Positions 40,918 through 57,233 of a stretch of 64,000 bases of DNA are shown here, in pieces. Within the stretch, counting starts at the first letter, position 1. Each line of letters begins with the position of its first letter. The notes under the pieces are model-generated. The model had not been told where the DNA came from and ran no database searches. It was given only the letters and a program-made list of their open reading frames with translations. A program made the position numbers and the translations under genes. The DNA is from Lingula anatina (Eukaryota > Animalia > Brachiopoda). Where the stretch lies: positions 39,410,788-39,474,787 of the forward strand of contig CM120640.1 of NCBI GenBank assembly GCA_051362555.1, written 5' to 3'.

Positions 40918-43900
40918 ATATATTTTTTTTTAATTTCAGTTTTTTTATCATCTGGTTATGAAAATATATGCATTTGTGAGAACAAATGGTAAAAATGGCA
41001 AGAAGTGTTGAGTGACATGCAGTTTAATAGACTTATTGAAACAGTCTTAAAAGATGAAATTTTTGAAGTACTTATGTTGGGTTGATATGACAATAAGATG
41101 GAATTGAATACTGGGTATTATGCAGCTTAAACTGAACAGATCAGGTTTATAGCTATGTTTGTATATGCTTAGTCACTTTGACAACTATGCAGACCATAAA
41201 TTATTCTTAATATGATGGTAGATATTATGTAGCAGCTGGTATAGTATAGCTGCAAAAATGATTTGTATATGTCAGTTTTAAAACATCCATTTACTGTTGT
41301 CAAACTGTATAGTGAATATAACTTTATTTAAAGTAAAATTCTAATTAGTATTCTTTTCATGTAATACATACTTTTTCTTTTCCTAACATCTGTGCATTCA
41401 GTGATAATCTGGAAAATATTATTTAACTATTGATAATATGATGAGTCATGGTAGGTGCTTGTCCTTTCTATGATGCATGTATCTTATATATGTATAAAGA
41501 TACATGTAAAGCAAGAATGAATGCCCTGTAGCATACATAAATTACTTGTACTATAAATACACAACAATTAAAATCCACGTGCCAAAATACCAACCATAAT
41601 TTATCTCTTGGGGTGCAGAAAAAACTCTAAACTGAAAAAAGCTCTAACCTGCACCTACTTCTAATTTCTTGTTGTAATTTTGACCTACGTTTGCTTGCTG
41701 ATATATGTTAGACTCGGGAAGTAGGCAAAAAATATCTGTGCAAGTATAATTTTTCTGGTAATACTGATACTAAATTCTGTGATAATTTTCATTTATACTA
41801 TTTGAAACACCTTGGTGACATTTGGTTGGTTCATTGGCAGTGATTTGAAATAAGCAGCAACTTGATATGCAATTTTAAGGTTCATGATTTGAAAGGAAAA
41901 TAGATTTTCAAATGGATGCACAATATTGCAATTAAAATTAAATAAATGGAATAAAAAGTGCAATTATGGAAATGTCCAGTTAAATCTTTTGATATTTTGG
42001 AAATACAGGTTATGAAAACTGTATATTAAGATATGTGTTTGAAAAGTTTGGAGTTGGCTTTAAATACATGAGTCAATTACAAGTCACCTGCCATGCTCTG
42101 TCTTTTTAGACTGAACAGCCAGGTTCTACCGGCAACATGATGAAAGATGGGATCACACATTTCTTAGGAAATATACAGAAAGCTCTTTATGTTCCTCCCG
42201 ATGATGATGGCGAGCAGAAACTGAAGATAACTCCAACGGGAGTGATATATGACAGGGCTCAGGTATGCATATCCTCAAATATTTTTTATGAATTTTTTTT
42301 AATGTATATCCATTTTCTTTAATGTAAGGATCAGTTTGCTTTCCAGAGTATGTTGTTTGTATTTATTAACACGAGCACAGTACATAAAACAATTAATTTT
42401 CATTCAGCTCTAGGCATTGAATGTTATCTATGAAAACCAATCCCTTTTATTTCAGGCCAGAGTGTATGCCATACAGATTGATCCTGGTACATACTGTCAG
42501 GAACCAGAGGGACCCCCAGAAAAGTATAAGGAATGGCTGGAAAATTTTCAGTTGGAAGAAAAAAAGGGAGAAATCTCAGAGCTGCTTGTGGCCAGGGTGG
42601 AAGTCCGGTCTTTATACACTCAGTTGGTAAGTGGGTTGATATTCAAATGCTATTTTTGTAACTGACCAGCTTATATTTGTCAGTTTTCCACCATTTTATT
42701 TAAAAATTTTTGTAGTAAGCAAAAGAGCAATAGTTAAGTTTTTCTTAGGAATTCATTAGTGTTTAGGTGAAAGGGATTTATTATTCATTGGTTTTAAAAT
42801 TCCAATAAAGGATAGTGTGTTTATGTTAATCTGGCAGTCAAGCACTGCTGCTTCATGCTAGATAAAACGAGTATTAAAACCTACATAATTCTGTTTTTAA
42901 CATCACTTCAGGTTCCCTCAGAGATTTCCCATGCTGATTTCTGGCGCAGGTACTTCTACAAGCTGCATCAGCTGGAAGAGGATGAGATCAGAAAGAAGGA
43001 CTTGATGAAGAGAGCAGAGACTGCTGGGGATGAGGATGACTTGGGCTGGGATGGTAAGAAAAGGGGGTTATTTTGCATGAATTAAATATAGATATATACT
43101 TGGTATTGACAGCCTGCATCACTCTCTCAGAAAGTTCTGTGGACAGTTTGATAAAAGTGATGGCTTGTTGTTGTTGGTCCTGTACTTGGCATTGAAACAA
43201 TAGAACTGCCTCCCCTATAATACAAGATGTGTAAGTGTCTGTTGTTTTAATTCTAGATGATTGGGAGGAAGTAGAGGAATTCTCAACAAGAAATATGTCA
43301 CCAGACAAAGAAAGGTCACCAGCATTACCAGAAAAAATCACTGCTGTTAAGGGAGATGCAGCAGCATCTGCTTCCATGCCCTCACAAAATGTTCTGCAAA
43401 CTGATGATGAAAAAATGCAAGCAGTTACAGCACCAAAACAAATTGGAAAACAAGTCTCAGCTAAGACTGGTGACATTTCCTCAAAAGAGACTGACCTAGG
43501 AGATGGGCCTGAAATTAAGTCTGGAGAACAACCAGCAGCAATGGCAGTGTTTAGTATGTTTACTCAGTCAATGGGCAAGCTGAAAGACACTGTGATGAAG
43601 ACGCTGGAGGGGGAGCAAGAATGGAGTTCTTCGGGTGAAGAGGAAGAGGAAATACAAACCTCACAAGAACAGCAAAAAGATGCTGCTACATTCCAACAAA
43701 CAAATGTCAGTCTTGCCGAGAAAAAAGGTGAAATTAAATCAACTGAAAGAAAAACTAAAACAGAAACTGAGAAACTATCTTCTTCCGCACCAGCTGAGGT
43801 AAAACAAAACACAGTAGATGAGAACAAAAAAGCTGAAGAATCTGAAAGATTAAGGTTACAGAAAGAAAAGGAAGCTGCAGAAATAGTGAAGCAGCAGCAG

Positions 43901-45490
43901 GAAAAAGAAGCAGCAGAAATAGTTCGGCTGCAACTAGAAAAAGAAAAGTCCGAAAGACTAAGACAACAAAAGGAAGAGGAAGCTGAGAACCTGAAGCAAC
44001 AGAAAGAAAAAGAAGAAGCAGAAAGGCTGAGGCAACAGAAAGAAAAAGAAGAAAGGCTGAGGCAACAGAAAGAAAAAGAAGAAGCAGAAAGGTTGAGGCA
44101 ACAGAAAGAAAAAGAAGAAGCTGAAAGGCTGAGGCAACAGAAAGAAAAAGAAGAAGCAGAAAGGCTGAGGCAACAGAAAGAAAAAGAAGAAGAAGAAAGG
44201 CTGAGGCAACAGAAAGAAAAAGAAGAAGCAGAAAGGCTGAGGCTACAGAAAGAAGAAGAAGAAGCAGAAAGGCTGAGGCAACAGAGAGAAAAAGAAGAAG
44301 AAGAAAGGCTGAGGCAACAGAAAGAAAAAGAAGAAACAGAAAGATTGCGGCAACAAAAGGAGAAGGAGGAAGCAGAAAGATTGCGGCTACAAAAGGAAAA
44401 GGAAGAAGCTGAAAGACTGAAGCAACAGAAAGAAAAAGAAGAAGCAGAAAGATTGCGACAACAAAAGGAGAAGGAGGAAGCAGAAAGGTTGCGGCTACAA
44501 AAGAAAGAGGAAGAAGCTGAAAGACAGAAAGAGAAAGAAGAAGTGGAGAGGTTACGTAAAGAAAAGGAGGCTGAAATCTTGAGGCAGCAGAAAGAAAAGG
44601 AGGAAGCTGAATTAGCAGAAAAGCAGCGTAAAGAAAAAGAAGAGGCAGATCGATTGGCTTTAGCTGTTACTACTGGAGATGAAAAGACATCAGCTGACAA
44701 AGCTGCTGCTGACACCACATCACCTGAGACTAGTGATGAAGACATACAAGGACAGAAAGACATCCAGACTAAAGAAAAGGGAGATCTGGTTATGGTTGGG
44801 TCTAACAGGACAACACCCACATCTGAGGAAAGCAATAATAAGGGTAAGTACAAAAACCAACTTGAAAATGGATCATAATATCTCGATACGTTGATTTTGT
44901 AATAAACTATTTGACCTTTTGTAGTTTTGATAAAAGATTCCCAAAATATTGAAACATTTTGTCTCTTTAATCCATGTTAAACAGACAAAACATGAATATT
45001 AGAAAGTTTCTTACCCAATATTTCAGAACTGAGCAGTCTGGAAGATGACTGGGAGAAAGATTTTGACATTGAGGTAACAGAAGAAGACCTGCAGCTGGCT
45101 GCAGAGGCCGCTAAAAAAATTGGTGCTACAGAAGGAACAGGGGACCAGGTGGGTGGATGGATTTTTTTTTTTTTTTACATGTATAATGTTTTAACAAGGG
45201 AGTTGAACTCCCAAGATTGAAGTATGTTGAGTTCGTTATACACCTGATATATTGTCTCTTGCAAACCAATGCAGTTAAGGTAATATGTTAGACAGACACA
45301 CACAGTTGCATTCAGATTTTTATTTATGAGGGACAGCATGTAAAATTTCTTGTTGCCATGTAAATGTAAGCTGATTAGGTTTTTATAATAGGAAAAAAAA
45401 CTGATTTAAAGAAATCTGTTTAACATTCAATTTTCAAATACATTATTTCAGGATGATGATATTGGTGATGACTGGGAAGACTGGGAATAA
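39813..45490 (+). CDS. BSDC1: BSD domain-containing protein 1 with expanded charged repeat
   Basis: MAEGGSDGGDWWGGWLQAAKDK, FLKQDLAEFG, IQIDPGTYCQEP, BSD core VPSEISHADFWRRYFYK, EDDWEKDFDIE, C-terminal DDWEDWE*. Confidence 0.92.
40879..40914. repeat. (TA)n microsatellite in a BSDC1 intron
   Basis: Long AT dinucleotide run. Confidence 0.9.
43830..44655 (+). repeat. Coding minisatellite, ~22 copies of a 36-nt unit (KEKEEAERLRQQ)
   Basis: GAAAGGCTGAGGCAACAGAAAGAAAAAGAAGAAGCA units inside the large BSDC1 exon. Confidence 0.95.
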
Positions 45491-47463
45491 AATCACCAGA
45501 TCCATACTGTACTAGAAATAGAGGGCAAACATTTCATTCATTGAAATCTATCAACTATTAAGATCAACACAATTGTATGACTGCCGTATGATAAACTGAC
45601 ATCTACCTACAGTTAAGGTTGATGAAGGACCAGATATATAGACCATGTATCACAGAACAATAGTTTGTGCTGGTAGATTATCAGTTGTTTAGAATTATGT
45701 TTGAACTATTCAGCTTGATAAACTGCCACTTTTGCAAGTGCTTGAGTACTTTAAGAGCAAACCTTTTGCATAAGTGAAAGGATGTTTTGTATATATGAGT
45801 ATATCACATAAGATTCTTCAAACCATTGCTAAAAAAAAAAAAATGAATGGATGAACTAGGGTTCAAGTGGCCTTCATTGATTATAAGTTACAAGAGGGGA
45901 TACGTATGTTCTTACATGTTTATCCTTTTGTTACTGACAAGGCTGATTTGTGGGCTTCGTTGTATATGAATAAAAATGAAAAGGTATGTGAAAATGCATT
46001 GTGCTCATAAGAAGCCCTACAGACTGCCTTCATTCCATTATATTGTAGAGCATGGTCAAAGGTTTATTTGTAGGGCAATATGTTATCTTATTGAAGTGAA
46101 GTCTACAAGTACTGTTAAATTCGAGATTCTGTATTCAAATACATATGTTTGGTATGTCAAAAAATTGTATTGTCTACAGTGTTCTCCTGCACCACTCCGA
46201 AGCTGCAGTAAGTTGTGGATACATAGGCGAATTGCCAATGAATTCAAACTAAGGAAGTGGTGTATATGAGTGATTGCTAGTTAGCACAGGCTATAAACAT
46301 CTGCATCTTTTAGGTGGTTTGAAAGAAATCAAGTAAAGAATGTGTGGCAAGGTACAACCATTGTGAAGGTTTTTACATAGCAGGAATTTGGTCTACTCTT
46401 TGTGCAATTTTTAAGAGGAATTCTAAAGAATGCCCCCTTTCTTTATACCCTTAAGATATAAGATTACCATCTGAGATGTGTTTGCAATTATATAAGATAT
46501 TTGAGAAAGAGAAAGCATATTCCTGTTATTTTTTGTGGAAATATTGCTGATAAGACTTCTTAAAATTCAGTTTGTATTTTGACTGCCAATTTCAATACCT
46601 AGAAAACCATATGGCACTTTTAAATTGAGCCTACAATGCAGTGCTTTGAAGGGCATTTTTTCATGAAATTTCCAGTAAATGAGACTTGTTTGATCACATC
46701 TAGTAGGAGTGTTGGAAGTGGGAGGGGGGAAGAACAAAACTGCACTATGTAACTTTTGATGCAAACGTTTTTCCTCTGTGCTGCTACTTTGTAGTGTTCA
46801 CATAACTGCTGTGAAAGCACTATTATAAAAGGTCTAATAATATCAAGATATTAATGTATAGATAGTTTTACCACTGGGTGCTCAAGGGAAGTTCTTTTTA
46901 TTTCAACTATTTGCTTTCCTCCCAAATGGAGGTTTATTTTTACTTTTGTTTCCAGAATAGCTATATTAATGTATAAAATAATTTAAAAGATGAATTCGGG
47001 AACAGATGATATTTAACTGTTAATGACCATTTTTATGTGGGCAAAATAAATAGCTTAAAAGTTAAATTGATATTATTGAATTTCATGGATAGTTTAGTTT
47101 ATTTTATTTTATGGACAGGCAGTTTGTCTGAACTTAAACCAAGCACCTCGTCTTTCTGCTCTGTCTCCTTTGCCATTTCCTGTCTTTAACACAATGTAAT
47201 GAAAAATATTAATTATTCTTCAACCTACAGGGATGATTCAAAGAACCAAAATAATTTTTGAGTGCAAAAACCAGCCTTAGTGGATTATTTTTATATCTAA
47301 ACAATCAATGTTGACTTCCCTTGAAAAAGGGAATTCTTTGCATTTTATTGAACATAAAGGTGGAGTTAAGCAAGAGAGTCTTGTTTCAAGAAAGATCATG
47401 AATCACTAAAACACTTAGGCACTCAAATTTGTTTTTGCATGAAAAAAAGTTCCAAATGAAAAG

Positions 47464-49888
<2,425 letters not shown>

Positions 49889-50226
49889 TTTGGAAGACTT
49901 ATCTGAAATGAGATAACCCCTAATTAACTAGCATCACATTTTCACATACTGGTGTGGTATACATATTTTTGATGAATGTTAATTGATTCTTTCTTCAACT
50001 AATTTATCAGCAAAGACACTTAATTACAGTACAATGCAGTTTTTTTTTCCAAAATAAAAACAATTTTTACATCACAATCTATAATCGAAAACTATTCGTG
50101 TAAATCACCAACATGACGAAAATTAAAACAATTAACTATCTTGACTTTGTAAATCGTATTTCTCGAAAGCTATTATACAGTCTTATTATCACATGACATG
50201 TTTCAAAACAAGTCACCGTCTCAGTC

Positions 50227-50384
50227 GGGGGCGTCTCGATAGTCCGAAGGTTCATTGGTCCGAAGGTTCATTGGTCCGAAAAGTGGTAACATTTTCATCG
50301 ATTTTTTAATCAAGGGTTCATTGGTCCGAAGGTTCTACAGTGAACATTCGGACAAATGAGCCTTCGGACTATCGCTATGGCCCC
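50227..50384. mobile_element. 158-bp MITE with long TIRs, 15-bp internal repeats and 9-bp TSD (Mutator/Foldback-like)
   Basis: Left GGGGGCGTCTCGATAGTCCGAAGGTTCATTGGTCCGAA vs right reverse complement GGGGCCATAGCGATAGTCCGAAGGCTCATTTGTCCGAA. TSD GTCTCAGTC at 50218-50226 and 50385-50393; GGTTCATTGGTCCGAA occurs three times. Confidence 0.85.
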
Positions 50385-50931
50385 GTCTCAGTCAGTACCA
50401 AAACTGGACTATACCTAAAACAGCTTGTCTGTCTTTTACTTTTACTCTTGAAGTCGATACTGTGAAGGCGTGTAAAACAGCCTCAATGTGACCTTCATAT
50501 TACGATTACCATTTCTTTCTCGAAAAAATTAGCAGTTGGCATACATCACAACGTGTTATGGGCGCAGACATACTTGAAGAGCCAGGATATTCAAGACACG
50601 CCGAGAAGAAGAAGAAGAAGAAGAACTTTATAGATTTAAACCATTATATACATGGTATTGCCAAGTTGCATATGATAATAAATACAATTACACAAATAAA
50701 TAAATAAATGCATGTTACAGTTTGCAACACTGCTCAACACTGCAACTACCACACTGCACCTCTGTGCCCTCTATCGGACAATCTTACAGCTTGTAACAGA
50801 GAAAACGTGGATTTGTCATTGCTCTTGTGTGGCCAAGGAAATTTATATTAAAGGGGCTATATATCGTGTTACACTTATTATGGATCTTTTCCTAAAATAA
50901 TAGCAAACATAACTTCGTGTTCGTTATTAAT

Positions 50932-52511
50932 ATGGATGAAGGTATGACGTAAATGTGGAGTGTGTGTGTTTACATGTAAGGGGAGGGGGTATAATCACTT
51001 AAGGTTTTTATCATAGAGGAGCAGAGTAAGGAATTAAGGACCATTTGATTAACAGAATCTCAGAATAATTGGTTTTTTGAGTAATGACAAGTGAGACTTA
51101 TAACATTTTGTAGAGATTAGCGCAAATCTTTATTTTACACAATATGTACCTGTATTTTTTTATAATTACGTCTATACTTCAAGGTATTGAAATTAATGTT
51201 TCCATCTTATGCCTCTCTCTTACTCCTAGGTACTTTTCTTGCTGATCTTGCAGCAGTCATATCTCAAAGTTGGCTGTTGATACTACTTGGTTTTCTGGGA
51301 CTTGCATGGTTGACTTTCCAACAAAGAAAATCAGTTGTTCCTGGTAAACCAAAGAGAAGACTGTCTGATCAGGTTTGTATCTTTTTCCTGGTTTTAATTT
51401 TAAGATAATATGTAAACCCCTTTTTGGTAGATGTTTTGGAATTTTTTTAATCACATAGACTTTTTATGTCATGTTTTCAATTTTTAAAACAATTATTTGA
51501 GTTTATTTTTATTTTCTGTCATTTTCAGGCTTCAAAAAATTCTGATGAAAGAAATCTGAATAAAGCCAAGTCAAGTAAAAAGGAAACTTGTTTGAAAATT
51601 TTCTTTGGAACCCAAACAGGAACAGCAAAGGTAAGATATGAAATGTTAGACACAAAAGGATAAATGTATTTTTAAATATATTTTGAAACTATGCTAAGAC
51701 ATGGATGCACTTTTGCTTTGTTATATTTGCTGTCTTTTTTTACTGTAGGGTTTAATACAGTACCTTTATTATATGTAGTATCATTAAATACCAGGTTCAA
51801 TAACATAGATATTTTTTGTATTATGAAAATATTAATTCATGCTAAACAATAAAAAACAACATTGGATTGTTTTAGACATTTGCAGATATTATCAAAAAAG
51901 AAGCTTCTGAGCACAGCACAAAATGTGAAGTCATTGATTTGAAAACTTATGATCCTGAAGATAATATTACAGATGAGGTATGCCATCAGTGATGTTAAAA
52001 TATGAAGTGAATTTGGTATAAAACATTGTGTTGTATTTTTCTTGTTGTTATGATACTATATTTTATGTTTATAGATAAAATAAATGAAAATAAAAGATAT
52101 TTTACTTGTTTAAAGTATAAGAATTTGTAAACTGCCCTACTTCCTTGGAAAAAAATTATTTTAATCTTTATGTTTCCTGATATCACATATTTTTCTGATT
52201 TTCCATGTATTTACCTAGACTGATGGGAAGAACATTTGTGTGTTCATCATATCTACCTATACAGAAGGCTCCCCTCCAGATGATGCTGCATGGTTTTATA
52301 AGTGGCTGGAAGAAGCTGCGTCTGACTTCAGAATCCAGAAGACCATGCTTCAAGACATGAGGTATTGTGTGGTGGGATTGGGCAATTCTTTGTACAAGGA
52401 GAGATATAACAAGGTGAGTTTAAAATATAGGAATGGTGATGTTGATTTCAATTTTATTGTAGTCATGCAGTAATAACTGATGATGTAAAATTTGACATTT
52501 TAAAGAAAATC

Positions 52512-52557
<46 letters not shown>

Positions 52558-55500
52558 GTACATTAAGCCTTGGCTCTGGTCCATGCTCTTGTTTAAAGAA
52601 TGCTTTTATTTATTTACAGGTTGCTAGAAATATAGACCACTGGTTCCATAAGTTGTCAGCTAATAGGGTGCTGGGTATTGGTCTTCTAGACGAGAATGTT
52701 GCCTCCAGCAAAAATGGAGGTAAGCACAGATAAGAAACAATGTTTGATTCCATTCAGATATTGAAATGTGATTGTATTTTTCCTATTTACTAAATATCTG
52801 TGCTGATGAGACTTAAATGAGCATTACATATTCGAGAGTCATGGGGAATTAATTAATTAATTAATTAATTAACTAACTAACATATTTCAGGTATTGAAGC
52901 TGATTTTGAATTCTGGAAAAACAGGTTTTGGTCTATGGTCTTAGGATCGCCCCAAAACAAGAAAGATGTTAAACCTAACTGTGGCACAGCAGATGGTGAC
53001 ACCAAAGAAATGGTAAATGATATTCTCATTCTTATATTTTCCTTCCCCTTTGACAAATTTATTTATTTGTTTTTGACTTTATGTGTTGCCTTAATTGCTT
53101 TCCTTTATTGTTTATATATGCTTACACATGGTTTCAGTATGAGACAAGTAGTGAAGAAGACACAGAAGATGAGGAGGAGGAGGGAGATGGAGATGGAGAA
53201 AAAGTACAGAAAGCCAATGGTGTGGTGGATGTGGAGGACATAGGGAAGATGGTCAATAATATTAAGAAGGCAAAGGTGCTTTCCTTTCTTTCCAATTGAT
53301 TTTTGAATGAATATTCATTTTTGTTTATGTTGGATGTAGATAAATGCATAGGCAGACCCCCCCTTTTCTTCTTGGTGCAATGAACCTACTCTTGTTAAAG
53401 TTACCAACATCAAATTTTGTTCAGTTTTACATCTAACTCATTTATCCACCATTTTTTATCTTGTACTATATGTATTTGCTTTGTCTTGTACTATACGCCT
53501 TTTAAGATTAACATATTAAATGTGTAACAGTCACCGTTACCTTACAAATGCTGCATCTTTCAGGCTAAAAGGAAGGTTGAAGATGACAACAAGTCAAAAG
53601 AACCCAGAGAGATGATAACACCACTGCTGAGGACTTCACTTCAGAAACAAGGCTACAGACTCATCGGTTCACATTCTGGAGTCAAGCTCTGCAGATGGAC
53701 TAAGGTGATAACTGATTGGAATATAGGTTTCGTGTGTTATGTAGTGCATATTTAAGTTCATGTGAATAAATGGACATTTGATGTGTATCACATGTGTGTG
53801 TCAGTGACATATCACATGCTCATCAGTTACCCCCTTAAATAAATGAGAAAGATTTTGATGGATGAATTTCACATTTAGACCCGTTAAAAATATTTTTCCT
53901 CTCTGACAATCTTTCTACCTACCTCGTTATGCACTGATAATATTATACTCAGCTTGACGAAAACTATGTTATTTTGATCCTGACAATTTGTACATTTATG
54001 GTTCCAGTCCATGCTCCGTGGACGAGGTGGTTGTTATAAACACACCTTCTATGGCATTGAAAGTCACAGGTGTATGGAAACTACTCCCAGTCTTGCTTGT
54101 GCCAACAAATGTGTGTTCTGTTGGAGGTAAGAGGAATATTGGCAGAAATATGAATTGTGTAATTGAAATGAATATCTAGAACAATTTCTAGAAAAAAAAG
54201 GTTCATTAAAAAATAAGGAAAACACAAAAATATATGTATAAGAATATTTCATCTTTTTTTACGATAAAAGGGTTTTATATCAAAATTGCCTTGTGGATCT
54301 CCACTCTTGCTGATTGTTTTTTCTCTCATTTGCTTTTTCAAGATGCAATGTAGTCACATGATCCCAATATAGTGTTTTATATGTATCCCATAACTCCATC
54401 TGTACACATCCAACCTGATACTTTTTTTGTAACACATCCATTGAACACCTTCTCTTTCTGAAGACATCACACCAACCCTGTAGGCACAGAGTGGCGTTGG
54501 AAGATGGATGATCCAGAACTTATTCTTGAAGGAGCACTACAAAACCATTGTAATATGATTAAACAGTTTAAAGGTGAGTGGGTTTAGAACTAAGACTGTA
54601 GCATTTTTAATATTACATACAAGTGGTTCACTCTCAAAAAGGCACATGTGTAGGATATCATGATGGTTAACAATTTTATTTTAGCTATCTTTAGTGACAT
54701 TGATGATACTTGAAATATGTAAAATATTCTGCTACAGTGGTATTTCTTTCTTTCTTTCTTTCTTTCAAGTTGAAGGGGTATGAAAAGCCTCTTGTATGTA
54801 GGACCTACAACTTCACATGATAATTGATTTCTTGTATGTAAATGTTTTGCTAGGTGTTCCAGGAGTGAAGTCAGATAGGTTTACTGAGGGGCTGACTCCA
54901 AAGCACTGTGCCTTGTCACTTGTTGGGGAACCAATCATGTACCCAGAGATCAACAAGTTTGCTGAAATGTTGCATAGCAAAGGGATCTCAAGCTTCCTGG
55001 TTACAAATGCTCAATTTCCAGATGCTATAAGGTATTTAACTCCTCTATTTCTCACTTGCAAATGCAGCTTTTTTGATAGCACATTATCTGTCCAACCAAG
55101 GAAGTGTATTTACCTCCTCGGTCCAACTGTCTTCAGGTATAAGGATTGAAATTTTTTTTTACTAATCACCCACATTTACATTGCAAGAGGCAAGCACAAT
55201 CCAAACCAAATGCCAAAGTTTCATTAAATGTAGTATATGCAATATCTAGATTCTACATTTTGACAATCACCCACTTCTTGATGGATTTCGATTTTAATTA
55301 CACCCTCAGTTTCATTATAAATATATGTATATGTCTGTTTTAGAAATCTGACCCCTGTCACTCAGCTATATGTCAGTGTAGATGCCAGCACAAAAGAAAG
55401 CCTGAAGAAGATAGACAGACCACTGTTCCGAGACTATTGGGAAAGATTTTTGGACAGCTTGAAGGCACTCTCAGAAAAAGTAAGCTCACATTTACATGTA

Positions 55501-56808
55501 GCTCTCTGTCATCAAGAATGTTCATCTTACTCGAATGAAACTTATGTATTTTTGGGAGTATTTGATTTATTTCTCCTTGTTAAAGAATTAACCCATGACA
55601 TGAATTTTGATTTTTCCCTACAAGAGATTTTATGTCCATCTTATCAAGAAAAAAAATGCCATGGTATTGTTCATTTAGGGTCAGAGGACAGTGTACAGAC
55701 TAACACTGGTGAAGAACTACAATACAGAGGATATAGAAAATTATGCAAGTCTGGTATCTATTGGAAAGCCTGACTTCATAGAAATTAAGGTATGCAAGAG
55801 ATGTCATTTGTAAAATAAGATTTTGTTTTATATCTGTTTTGCAAATGAAATGCTGAAAGTAGTAATTGTTATGTAACCAGTTAAAATTGCTTTGTCATCA
55901 ACGTTTGTTATATAGTTTACCAGTCATTTTCCCTGCATTTTAGGGCGTAACCTACTGTGGCGAATCCAAGGCCAGTCGTCTGACCATGGACAATGTTCCG
56001 TGGCATGAGGAGGTCATCAAATTTGTCCAGGACGTGGTGGACAGACTGCCCGATTATGCCATAGCATCGGAACATGAACACTCTAATTGTGTCCTAGTTG
56101 CTCATAAAAAGGTTGGTCTAAAGTTTATTTCTCGATATGCTGTGAGGATGTGTTTTTAAAAAAGGGGCATGGTTCTTATTATTGATAGAATTTGTGCGAA
56201 TTTTAAAAATGAAGCTGTTGGAGAAGTTAATAGTTTGAAGTGAATGGACCTCACTCTGTTCTAAAACAAATCAAAGCATCTGATTATGATTAGCTCACCT
56301 TAGAACAATCTTAAAGGTATTTAACTTACCTCAGAAACACTGGAATTAGGTGGGGCAACAGAAAGATTTGATTTGCTGCCTTTTCGAAGCTGTTCATAAT
56401 CAGACTGCAAGCTGAGATAAGTAGTTCTTAGATGGGTCACCCAAACTTGATTAAAAACAATTGAAGTCAAGGAAGATATAAATTGGGCTGGGAAAAGCCA
56501 TTCTAAACTATTGTGCAGTTATTGTCAGGCATGAAATAAAGTAAACTGGAAAAAGTCATAAATTTTATAGGATAAATCTGTTGCTGCAGTTTCAGGTCAA
56601 TGGAGACTGGTGGACGTGGATAGACTATGACAGGTTCCACGAGTTAGTGCAAATGTACAAAGCCAGTGAAGGCCAGAAAACGTTCTCGGCAGCAGACTAT
56701 ATGGCACAAACCCCACACTGGGCAGTGTTTGGGGCGGACGAACGGGGATTTGACCCTGGAGAGACCAGGTTCATGAGGAAGAAAACTAAAGACATCAGCG
56801 GCTGCTAG
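50932..56808 (+). CDS. TYW1: tRNA 4-demethylwyosine synthase (flavodoxin + radical SAM), multi-exon
   Basis: N-terminal hydrophobic anchor, flavodoxin FFGTQTGTAK / STYTEG / GLGNS, GYRLIGSHSGVKLCRWTK, CANKCVFC (CxxxCxxC), HCALSLVGEP, C-terminal WTWIDYDRF...GFDPGETRF. Start inferred from a 10-nt first coding exon (ATGGATGAAG|GT). Confidence 0.94.
52515..52557. repeat. (ATT)n microsatellite in a TYW1 intron
   Basis: About 14 ATT units. Confidence 0.9.
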
Positions 56809-57233
56809 ATAGTTTAGTTACCAGACATGAAATTCGAAGATGGGCTGAAGGTGTTGAAAATGCAACATCATATTTATGCCTTTATAACTGTGCAATTGGT
56901 CTATCCAACCATATTTAATCCATAATTTACTATTCCAAGGACCAGTCCAGTTCTCATTCTTGTATGAACATCAGTATAGTGTTATGTGGCAGTCACTTGG
57001 ATATGTTAACGAAGGAAATACGTTTTGTTTGTACATATACATTTAAAAAAGAAACTTTGGGTTTTTGAGAGACGTTTTTTTTTCATGTCTGAAAAATATT
57101 TTAACTTTGTTATGCAGTTTTGTATTAAAATATATTTCACGTAACAAGTTACATCAGACATGTTAAAATAATAAATGCTAGAAAAATGAAAAGCAGCCCG
57201 TTTTAAGTTCACACATGATTGTTACAATATAGA

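Noticed and set aside
43830-44655. 36-nt periodic repeat resembling a CRISPR array
   Set aside because: No unique spacers, in frame within a eukaryotic exon, and no cas genes.
43564-44853. 429-aa antisense ORF (S/F/C/L-rich) and 83-aa poly-Phe ORF
   Set aside because: Mirror of the purine-rich BSDC1 coding repeat, which lacks stop codons on the opposite strand. No independent coding signal.
50241-50335. Repeated GGTTCATTGGTCCGAA as a tRNA/B-box or CRISPR-like repeat
   Set aside because: Explained as internal repeats of the TIR-bounded MITE; no cloverleaf structure.
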